In this document: positions 29,310 to 37,870 of the stretch, one piece after another
Layout: each line of letters opens with the position of its first letter
Position numbering within the stretch: position 1 is the first letter of the stretch
Assembly: GCA_965248695.1 (NCBI GenBank)
Contig: CBDFKD010000002.1
Span: forward strand, 3,552,001-3,616,000
Direction: 5' to 3'
DNA length: 64,000 nucleotides
From: Acidobacteriota bacterium
GTDB lineage: Bacteria > Acidobacteriota > UBA890 > WLXD01
Translations under genes and position numbers: made by a program
Notes under the pieces: generated by a model
What the model was told of the DNA's origin: nothing
Seen by the model: only the letters and a program-made list of their open reading frames with translations
The model's database searches: none

Positions 29310-30304
29310 CCGTGGCCCACTTCACTCAACCGTACGAGCTCGCCGTTGCGCTCCAGCGACATCTGGCTGGCCTGCAGCACCTTTAGCACACGCAATGCGC
29401 TCGTCCCGTCGGTGAGAGGCTGGGTGCGACTCTCCATGGCACGCAAGAATGCCTTGCACTCGAGTCGCAAGGGTTCCGCCTCTTCGATGAACAACGTCGT
29501 CTCGGCCGTGTGGCGTGCAACCGGCGAGCCATCGGCCCATTCGATGCCCTTGTCGAAGACCTTTAGTTTGCCCTCGCGCATCGTGTCGTCGAACACCGCC
29601 ATCTTGCGGTCGCCGATAACGACGAGCCGTTGCTCTTTGTACGGATGCAGCCAGCTTACGAAGACATGGCTGTTGATTCCGCTGGCGAAGCCGAGGTTGG
29701 TGGTGGTCACGTCGGCAATCTCTGGCTGAAGATAGCTGGATCCGGTTGCACGAACCCACTCAGGCTCATCACCCGCAAGACGCAGGATCAGCGAAATGTC
29801 GTGGGGCGCGAAGCTCCACAAGATGTTCTCTTCGCGGCGGACCTTTCCCAGGTTGAGTCGGTTCGAGTAGATGTACCGGAGGTTGCCGAGATCCCCCCGC
29901 GCCACCACGGCACGTAGCTCCGTGATCGCCGGGTGGTATTCGAGGATGTGACCTACCATCAGGATCCGATCGCGCCGCATGGCTAGTTCGACGAGCTCGC
30001 CACCTTCGGCGTACCGCACCGCGAGGGGCTTCTCTACGAAGACATCCTTGCCGTGATCGAGAGCCGCTTTGACGTGGTCGTAGTGCGCCGCGGCGGGTGT
30101 CGCCACCACAATCGCCTGGATCTGATCGTCGTCCAGCAGTTCTCGATAGCTGTCGGTGGCGCGAGCATCCGGATACAGCGCTGCTTGTTTGGCAAGAGTC
30201 GCCGGGTCCTCGTCACAGATGGCCCGTAGGGCTCCGATCTGATCGAAGTTCCGCAACAGATTCTTGCCCCAGTATCCGCATCCGACAACAGCGACAGTGC
30301 TCAT
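29306..30304 (-). CDS. Gfo/Idh/MocA oxidoreductase (WbpB/GnnA-like)
   Basis: VVGCGYWG, VFVEKP, SNRLNLGK, WSFAPHD, SWLHP.K. Confidence 0.9.
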   Translation of the reverse strand: MSTVAVVGCGYWGKNLLRNFDQIGALRAICDEDPATLAKQAALYPDARATDSYRELLDDDQIQAIVVATPAAAHYDHVKAALDHGKDVFVEKPLAVRYAEGGELVELAMRRDRILMVGHILEYHPAITELRAVVARGDLGNLRYIYSNRLNLGKVRREENILWSFAPHDISLILRLAGDEPEWVRATGSSYLQPEIADVTTTNLGFASGINSHVFVSWLHPYKEQRLVVIGDRKMAVFDDTMREGKLKVFDKGIEWADGSPVARHTAETTLFIEEAEPLRLECKAFLRAMESRTQPLTDGTSALRVLKVLQASQMSLERNGELVRLSEVGHG

Positions 30305-30394
30305 GAGCGGCGAATCCTAAGGTCCATTGCTTGCCCGAGGCGCAACCGTCTGGTCCGAGCTGCGGGCCGCTCAGTATAGCTAGTTGGTGCCTTC

Positions 30395-30461
30395 CGGACG
30401 AGATTGTTCAGAGCGCGACGCGATTCTGAGATCGATGGGGTGGCGGATCATTCGCGTTCAA
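30395..30461 (+). pseudogene. DUF559/Vsr-like endonuclease C-terminal fragment
   Basis: RD..L.S.GWRIIRV motif only. Confidence 0.4.
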
Positions 30462-30583
30462 CAGGAACACCACCACGGGTCGTGCGCCTCGCGCTCTGGT
30501 ATTAAACTTCGGCCCGACGTTGCGGCACCTGAGCGTAATCGCGCGCAAGCCCCACCGTACCTCCGACCTGAGGCCCGGTCTTC

Positions 30584-32356
30584 TTGACATCGCTCGATTG
30601 GCTGATCATCGGGCTCTACTTCGGCGGCCTCATTGGGCTCGCTTGGTGGGTTGTTCGCAAGAGCAGCGACACCGTCGACGATTACTTTCTTGCCGGCCGC
30701 AACCTCAGCTGGTGGATCGTCGGAGCGTCGATCTTCGCTTCGAACATCGGCTCCGAGCACCTCGTTGGCTTGGCCGGATCCGGTGCCACCGATGGCGTCG
30801 CCATGGCGCACTACGAGTTGCATGCCTGGTGTCTGCTCGTGCTGGGCTGGCTAATGGTGCCCTTCTACATGCGCTCGAAGATCTTCACCATGCCCGAGTT
30901 CCTCGAGCGGCGGTTCAGTCCGATCAACCGCTGGGTGTTGTCGCTCATCTCGCTAGTGGCCTACGTGCTCACCAAGATCGCCGTGGGGATCTTCGCCGGC
31001 GGCATCGTGTTCTCGGTGTTGCTGCCAGAGCTGAGGCTCGGGCCGCTGGACAGCTTTTGGCTAGGGTCAATCCTGGTTATCGTCTTCACCGGTCTCTACA
31101 CCGTGGTCGGCGGCTTGCGCGCGGTTGCCTATACCGAGGCGCTGCAAACCGTCGTCCTCGTGCTCGGGTCGGCGCTGGTCACCGCCTACGGCCTCAGCGC
31201 GCTCGGCGGCTGGGGGGCGCTGCGCGATATCGCCGGCACCGAGATGTTCAACCTCTGGAAACCGATCGTCCCGGAAGGCGTCATCGGCACCTGGGCGCCC
31301 GTGCTGGAGACCAACGCCGCCGGCCAGGTCGTGCGCCAGGCCTGGTACTTCAACGACAACTACCCGTGGCTGAGCATGCTGTTCTGCGCTCCGGTGGCGG
31401 GGCTTTGGTACTGGTGCACCGACCAGTACATCGTGCAGCGTGCTCTCGGCGCGCCCAGCGAGCAGGAAGCACGCCGCGGCAGCATCTTCGCTGCCGTGCT
31501 CAAGCTGCTGCCGGTGTTCATCTTCATCATCCCGGGCATCATCGCCTTCGCACTCGCGAGCAGCGGCGCGGCCCCCGAGCTCCAGCGTCAGCTGCTCGAT
31601 GCCGACGGCAACGTGATTCGTGAGCAAGCGCAGAAGGCGTTCCCCTTGCTAGTAGCCACCGTGCTGCCGGCCGGCATCCGCGGCATCGTCGTCGCGGGTT
31701 TGCTGGCCGCCCTCATGAGCTCTCTGGCCGGTGTCTTCAACGCCTCGGCCACCCTGTTCACCATGGATTTCTACAAGAAGCTCCACCCCGGGGTCTCTGA
31801 GCACCGCCTCGTGTGGATTGGCCGCGTGGCGACCGGGGTCATGGTGCTGGTCGGACTGGCCTGGATTCCCGTCATCCAGGGCGGCCGAGGCCTCTACGAC
31901 TATCTGCAAGGTGTGCAGGCGTACCTCGCCCCGCCCATCTTCGTCGTCTTCTTCTTCGGCGTCTTCTTCAAGCGACTCAACGCGAACGGCTGTCTCGCGG
32001 CCCTCACGGTCGGTTTCGCTATGGGTCTCTTCCGGCTCGCCGTCGACACGCCCGTGAAGCTCGGCCTTGCCGGCCTAGAGCGCGGCTACACCGAGGGCTC
32101 CTTCTTCTGGATCGTCAACCACACGTTCTTCCAGTACTACAGCATCCTGATCCTGATCGTCTGTGCAGGTGCGATGGTCGCGGTGAGCTACGCGACGGCG
32201 GAACCGGACTACCGGCGCATCAGCGGGCTGACGTATGGGACGCTCACGGAAGCGCAGCGAGCGGAGTCCCGGCGCAGTTGGACGCAGGGGGATGTGATGG
32301 CGTCGGTCGGAGTGTTGGTAGCGATATTGGCGGCGTATCTGTATTTCAGCGGGTAG
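30584..32356 (+). CDS. Sodium:solute symporter (SSS, sugar type)
   Basis: DYFLAGR, ASNIGSEH.VGLAG, TMPEFL.RRF, WYWCTDQY.VQR, LAALMSSL. Confidence 0.93.
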   Translation: MTSLDWLIIGLYFGGLIGLAWWVVRKSSDTVDDYFLAGRNLSWWIVGASIFASNIGSEHLVGLAGSGATDGVAMAHYELHAWCLLVLGWLMVPFYMRSKIFTMPEFLERRFSPINRWVLSLISLVAYVLTKIAVGIFAGGIVFSVLLPELRLGPLDSFWLGSILVIVFTGLYTVVGGLRAVAYTEALQTVVLVLGSALVTAYGLSALGGWGALRDIAGTEMFNLWKPIVPEGVIGTWAPVLETNAAGQVVRQAWYFNDNYPWLSMLFCAPVAGLWYWCTDQYIVQRALGAPSEQEARRGSIFAAVLKLLPVFIFIIPGIIAFALASSGAAPELQRQLLDADGNVIREQAQKAFPLLVATVLPAGIRGIVVAGLLAALMSSLAGVFNASATLFTMDFYKKLHPGVSEHRLVWIGRVATGVMVLVGLAWIPVIQGGRGLYDYLQGVQAYLAPPIFVVFFFGVFFKRLNANGCLAALTVGFAMGLFRLAVDTPVKLGLAGLERGYTEGSFFWIVNHTFFQYYSILILIVCAGAMVAVSYATAEPDYRRISGLTYGTLTEAQRAESRRSWTQGDVMASVGVLVAILAAYLYFSG

Positions 32357-32372
32357 CCGAAACAGCGCCAGC

Positions 32373-32504
32373 TCAGCGAGACGTACTCACCGCGGCGAGC
32401 GCGAGCTCCAGCTCGGCCTCCGGAAGAAACTCCGCAAGGCCACAACGAATCGTCTCGCCGTCACCGGATTCGGCCAGTTCGCGCAAGCGTCGGAGCTTGC
32501 TTCC
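32373..32504 (-). pseudogene. Possible C-terminal remnant of CapD-type NDP-sugar dehydratase
   Basis: KLRRLRELAESGDGETIRCGLAEFLPEA resembles the CapD/WbpM C-terminal helix pair. Confidence 0.33.
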
Positions 32505-32612
32505 ATTAGTGTGATGAGGCGCGCAGCGTATTGCGTATCATTGATGCTGTTCAAACCATGCTGGTAGATGAAGTCCCCCGACGTTCTACTCAACGGGCCA
32601 CTCCAACAGAAC

Positions 32613-32913
32613 ATGAAGATCGCTATCGTCATCCCCGACGGACTCTCCGCGACTCTTTTTTGCACCGGCATGATCCGCGCGGCCCGGGCGACCGATGGCT
32701 GCGAAATAGCGGTTATTTCCGACGCTGCCGAGTGGGAAGCGGAGATCGAGCGACTCGGAGCCAAGAGCATCTCAGTGCCGATGTATCGTTTCTTCGGGCC
32801 GTTGCGCGACTTTGCCTACGTCGGAGCGCTGACGCGCATCTTCCGCGAGGAGCAATTCGACGCCGTTGTCAACTTCTCCACGAAGCCTAACGTCTATGGT
32901 GCGATCGTCGGGT
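32613..32913 (+). pseudogene. GT4 glycosyltransferase N-terminus truncated by IS3
   Basis: MKIAIV...P..D......R.E.FD.V..FS.KPNVYGAI; ends exactly at the IS terminus 32914. Confidence 0.8.
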
Positions 32914-33847
32914 TGACCTGACCCCCGAAAACGGATCCGGATGTAATCTCACGATCTGGGTCAAGAACGGGAGGTCAGAATGCCGAGTAAGAGGCACAGC
33001 GCCGAGCAGATCGTACGCAAGCTCCGGGAGGCTGAGGTGGAGCTGGCTCGAGGGGCGACGGTCAAGGATGCCTGCCGCAAGCTAGCAATCACCGAGCACA
33101 CCTACTACCGGTGGCGGCGAGAGTACGGCGGACTGAAGCTCAACCAGGCCAGAAAGCTCAAGCAACTGGAGAAGGAGAATGCCCGGCTCAAGAGGCTGGT
33201 GGCGGAAAAGGAACTCGACCTGTCGATCCTGAAGGAAGTGGCGGAGGGAAACTTCTGAGCCCAGCTCGGCGGCGAGAGGCGGTGGCACATGTACGGGGGC
33301 GGCTGGGCGTCTCGGAGAGGCGGGCGTGTCGGGTACTGAAACAACCACGCACGACACACCGGTACGTGCCAAGAGAGCCGCAACAGGAGCAGATTTTGAC
33401 GGAGCGGATCGTGGATTTAGCCCGACAGTACGGGCGCTACGGATATCGGAGGGTGACAGCGTTGCTGCGCATGGAGGGCTGGTCCGTGAACCACAAACGA
33501 GTGCAGCGTATCTGGCGGCGCGAAGGGCTGAAAGTACCGAGAAAACAGCCCAAACGAGCACGGCTGTGGCTGAGCGATGGCTCCTGCATCCGGCTGCGCC
33601 CACAGCACCGGGATCATGTCTGGGCGTATGACTTCCTGCACCACCGGACGCACGACGGTCGGGCTATGAGGCTGCTGACGATCGTCGATGAGTACACACG
33701 AGAAAGCCTGGCGATCCATGTAGCACGGAAGCTCAACTCTGAGGACGTGCTGGAGCAGCTCGGGAGGTTGTTCGTACACCGGGGCATACCTGAGCACATC
33801 CGGTCGGATAACGGACCAGAGTTCACCGCCGAGGCGGTTCGCGACTG
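32914..33847 (+). mobile_element. IS3-family element A, copy 1 (3' truncated by nested IS3-B)
   Basis: Left end TGACCTGACCCCCGAAAACGG; orfA 32980-33258, GGGAAAC -1 slippery site, orfB broken after SDNGPEF; translations identical to copy at 49914-51173. Confidence 0.93.
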
Positions 33848-35119
33848 TGACCTGCCCCCCAATAATCGGGCCAGTCTGAGAGTTAGGATTTGAGGCTCTC
33901 AGGATGGCTCGGGAAGGGGGAAGAATGGGCGCGGAAGCGGTACACTGTAGAGCAGATCATCGCCAAGCTCAGGGAGGCAGAGATCGAGCTAGCGAAAGGG
34001 GCCAAGACACCGGAGGCATGCCGCAAGCTGGGAATCAGCGAGAACACGTATTACCGGTGGCGCAAGGAGTACGGTGGACTGAGGGTGGATCAGGCACGGC
34101 GACTCAAGGAGCTGGAGCGGGAAAACGGCCGGCTCAAGAAGTTGCTGGCGGAGACGATGCTCGACAACGCCATCCTCAAAGAGGTTTCGTCGGGAAACTT
34201 CTGAGCCCGGCACGACGGAGCCGGGCAGTGCACCACGCACAGCAGTCGTTGGGTGTGTCCGAGAGGCGAGCCTGCAGAGTACTGGGCCAGGTGCGCTCGA
34301 CGCAGCAGTATCGGCCCAAGGTGCCGCAGGAGGAGAAGGCACTGGTGGAGCGGATGACCCAGCTGGCGACGCAGTACGGGCGCTATGGGTACCGGCGGAT
34401 CACGGCGCTGTTGGTACGTGAGGGGTGGCGAGTGAATCACAAGAGGGTCGAACGGTTATGGCGTCGTGAGGGGCTGAAGGTACCGAAAAAGCAGCCCAAG
34501 CGCGGACGCTGGTGGCGCAATGATGGATCGTGCGTGCGGCTGCGGCCGGAGAGGAAAGATCACGTCTGGGCCTATGACTTCGTGCACGAACGAACTCACG
34601 ACGGGCGAGCGTTTCGTCTACTGACGATCGTGGATGAGTACACGAGAGAGTGCTTGGCAATCGATGTAGCACGCAGGCTCAACTCCGAGAACGTGCTGGA
34701 GCGACTCGCTGAGCTGTTCGTGAACCGGGGTGTTGCCGATCACATCCGCTCCGACAACGGACCGGAGTTCACTTCTCGGGCAGTGCGTGAATGGCTCGAG
34801 CGAATCGGTGTGAAGACGCTGTTCATTGAGCCCGGATCGCCATGGGAAAACGGCTATGTGGAGAGCTTCAACGGCAAGCTCCGAGACGAGCTGCTGAACG
34901 GCGAGATCTTCTACACGCTCAAGGAGGCGCAGTGCTTGGTGCACCGCTGGCGCCGCCAGTACAACCAGGTGCGGCCCCATAGCTCGTTGGGCTATCGACC
35001 GCCTGCACCCGAAGCGACGTTGTTGCAGCCGGCTACGCTCCGCTTCGCCAGCTCCAACAATCTCTTGCCAGTACCGATTCTATGAGTTACGAAGTGGCCC
35101 AAACACTTGGGGCAGGTCA
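33848..35119 (+). mobile_element. IS3-family element B, nested in IS3-A
   Basis: Ends TGACCTGCCCC ... GGGGCAGGTCA; orfA to 34204, GGGAAAC frameshift, orfB to 35085 with DDE (WAYDF, SDNG, ESFNG); no TSD. Confidence 0.93.
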
Positions 35120-36003
35120 CAGCGAGGAATGAATAGACAGCGTCGTTGTAGTAGGCATTGCCCCCATCGTAGAGCGAGGTGACGCCGTGGCTCACAAGGT
35201 AATCCAGAAAGGCGACGATACCCTCTTGGTTGGCCTCCTCGTCTACCTCAAAGAACTTCTCTCGATAGGGACGATAAGCGCTCTCCTTGACCCAGCCAGT
35301 AAGCTCGCCATCGGTGTCGCGTGCAAAGAGCGCTAGACCAGGCACGGGATCGAGCGTATGGCGATCGACACCCATCATTTCGAGCGCCTTCGAGTTGAGC
35401 CAAATACTGTGGCCAATATTGCTGCCCAACCAAACCGGCTGATGCGGCACGATCGCATCCAGATCTCTCTTGTGAGGCCCTTCCTTGCCGTTGCCGTATA
35501 GGTGCACTGGCCAGCAACACATCACGATCCAGGGCAGATCCGGGTTCGCCTTTGAATACGCCTCCACGGCAGCCAGTATGTCTGCCTTGTTGGTCCTCGG
35601 CAGCGTTCCCGAAGGCCCGCTGAAGCGGCCCGTTCCCCCGGGATGGGTATGGGCATCCACCAGCCCAGGAATAACCAGTTTCCCTTGCAGATCGTGACCG
35701 ACAGTTTCGCGGCCAACGAACCCCTGCACGCCCGCATCATCCCCCACATAGACGAGGTTTCCGCCTTTGATCGCAACGGCCTCGGCCCAGGGTTGATCGT
35801 CGTTCACCGTAAAGATCTTGCCCCCGTGCAAGACGCGGTCGGCAGGACCGTTGATACCGCCAGGCCCCGGCTGCGATGAAGGCTGACAGGCCAGCACGCT
35901 GAGGCTGGTCAACATGACACCCAGCACTCGCGACCAGGTCGTTACGAGCGGATGATGCTGCCCCTTCGTCCGCTTCAGCCCGGCGTCGGTGCGTTCGTTA
36001 TTG
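35120..36003 (-). pseudogene. Amidohydrolase-3 (YtcJ-like) N-terminal half
   Basis: WAEAVAI, VIPGLVDAHTH, GHSIWLNSKAL, GELTG..KE, GVTS.YD; cut by IS3-B; start codon stranded beyond IS256 at 37377-37379. Confidence 0.85.
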
Positions 36004-37366
36004 GGATGTGCCCCGAATGTCGTGGAAATTGGATGAGCGTCTCCTCCGCGACGACGGATGATCCTATCGGTTAGGCGGCCTGTTTGTCGGGGCCGCACGT
36101 GAGCTGAGCCAAGAACCGGTGGCCATCGATGCGTCGCATGCGGATCTGGCCGAAGGCGACCAGGCTCCACAGCAACGTCACCCCAGCGGCCTCGGTCGAG
36201 AACGAGCCCTGCGTCTTGGTACGACGACGGAACTCCCGGTTCAGGTTCTCGAGGGCGTTGGTGGTGCGCAGCGTCTTCCACATCGGCTTCGGGAACTGGT
36301 AGAAAGTCAGCAGGTTCAAGCCGGCCTCCTGCAGGCTCCGGGCCACGGCGGGCACGAGGGTCGACCACTTGCGTACGAAGGCGGCGTAGGCGGCTCTGGC
36401 CTGGTTGCCGTCATCGGCCCGGACGATCGCATCCCAGTCCCGCTTCATCTCCGCACGTGCATGAACCGGGCAGTGGTCGCGTAAGTTGCTCCACTTGTGT
36501 TGTGTGCACCGCTGCACCGACACATCGGGCCATACCTCGATCGCCTTGGCCAGGCCCTTGTGGCCGTCGGCGATCAGCACCTCCGGCGCCTGCAGCCCTC
36601 GTCTCACCAGCGACTCGATCAGTCCTTGCCAGTGCACCGCTGCCTCCGAGACCGCCAACTGCAACGCTACCAACACCTTCTGGCCGTCGGGCTGGACCCC
36701 GAGCACCGCCAGTACCGGCGCCGACACGACCCGCCTCGCCAGCCTGACCTTCAGATGGAACCCGTCCAAATACAGGATCCAGTACCGCTCGCCTGACACA
36801 TCTCGCTGTCTCCAGCGCTCGAAGTACGCCTTCAGGCGCCCCACCACCCTGGAGATCGTGCTCTTGGTCAGGTGCGCCTTGCCCAGCAGCGGAGAGAGCG
36901 CCTTGCGGATCCGCCGGGTGTTGGCTCCCGCCAGGTATGCTCCCAGGATCGCCTCGTCCACCTGCCGGGCTCGCCGTGCGTACCGTGGCAGGATCGCGCT
37001 GCGGAACTCTCGGGTGCTGCCGTCTTGCCCCACGATGCGCCCCCGCGGTATGTCCAGCTCCTGGAGCCCTTGGGCTGTCGTCACCCGACGCCTTTGGCTG
37101 CCGTTGCGGTAGCCTCGCCGCTGCCCGTTGCGCTCGTATCGGTCGCAACCCAGCGCCTCGGTGAGCTCCTCGTCAAGCGTCATCTGGATCGCCTCGCGGA
37201 TCCTGGTGCGCAACAGCGCCTGTACGTCCTGCCGGAACTCGACGAGCCCGGTTCCCTCCGTGCTAACCTGCTTCACGGCGTAGCCTCCTGCCGCTCGTGG
37301 CGGCTTTGTGTTTTTCCTACTCGGAGGTTACGCCATCTTTATTTCCACAGGACTCGGGCCGGATCC
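36004..37366 (-). mobile_element. IS256-family element with 8-bp TSD
   Basis: Imperfect IRs GGATGTGCCCCGAATGTCGTGGAAAT / GGATCCGGCCCGAGTCCTGTGGAAAT; TSD CGTTATTG at 35996-36003 and 37367-37374. Confidence 0.93.
36071..37276 (-). CDS. IS256 (Mutator-type) transposase
   Basis: RRGYRNG, LYLDG, IADG.KGL, QRC..H, RTTN.LE.LNREFRRR. Confidence 0.95.
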   Translation of the reverse strand: MKQVSTEGTGLVEFRQDVQALLRTRIREAIQMTLDEELTEALGCDRYERNGQRRGYRNGSQRRRVTTAQGLQELDIPRGRIVGQDGSTREFRSAILPRYARRARQVDEAILGAYLAGANTRRIRKALSPLLGKAHLTKSTISRVVGRLKAYFERWRQRDVSGERYWILYLDGFHLKVRLARRVVSAPVLAVLGVQPDGQKVLVALQLAVSEAAVHWQGLIESLVRRGLQAPEVLIADGHKGLAKAIEVWPDVSVQRCTQHKWSNLRDHCPVHARAEMKRDWDAIVRADDGNQARAAYAAFVRKWSTLVPAVARSLQEAGLNLLTFYQFPKPMWKTLRTTNALENLNREFRRRTKTQGSFSTEAAGVTLLWSLVAFGQIRMRRIDGHRFLAQLTCGPDKQAA

Positions 37367-37410
37367 CGTTATTGCTCATCACGTCCTCCAAGCTCTCTCC
37401 GCCGCCGGTG

Positions 37411-37800
37411 GCGTCGTCATGGCGTGCTACAACTCGATGGTCCCCTAACCACCCGGTTCGAGACCTTCGAGCACAACATCCGGGACCAGATGGGTCGGGC
37501 GCTTTCGGATGCCGGCTTCGATCCGGCCAGCGATATCCGGGCGATCACCGTCAACCGCTGGCCACACGGTTACGCTGGCGCCGGCAACGACCTCTACGAT
37601 CCGGACTGGTCGCACGATCAGGCACCCTGGATCCGGGGCCGCAAGCGCTTTGGGGCGCATCACGACGATCGCCAACTCCGAGGCGGCTGCCGTCTGTCTC
37701 ACCCAGGCTGCCTTCGACTCGGGGGCACCGGGCGGTTCAGGAACTCTTGAACGACGTCATCCGACCCGAGTTTCAGTATCCCTGGGCCGAACGTACCTGA
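37411..37800 (+). pseudogene. Spermidine dehydrogenase (SpdH)-like C-terminal remnant
   Basis: VMACYNSMVP fused to FETFEHNIRDQ...GFDPA.DI.AITVNRWPHGYA...IANS.A...HRAVQEL, with frameshifts. Confidence 0.75.
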
Positions 37801-37831
37801 GCGACGCCTCGGTTTGAGCGGTATGAGGCCG

Positions 37832-37860
37832 CCTGGCCGGGCGTGAAACGCCCGGCCAGG
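37832..37860. terminator. GC hairpin between convergent genes
   Basis: CCTGGCCGGGCGT-GAA-ACGCCCGGCCAGG, perfect 13-bp stem; no U tract. Confidence 0.55.
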
Positions 37861-37870
37861 GCAAGTCCGA

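Noticed and set aside
34992-36368. 458-aa ORF as a real protein
   Set aside because: Artefactual read-through of IS256 end, amidohydrolase fragment and IS3-B end.
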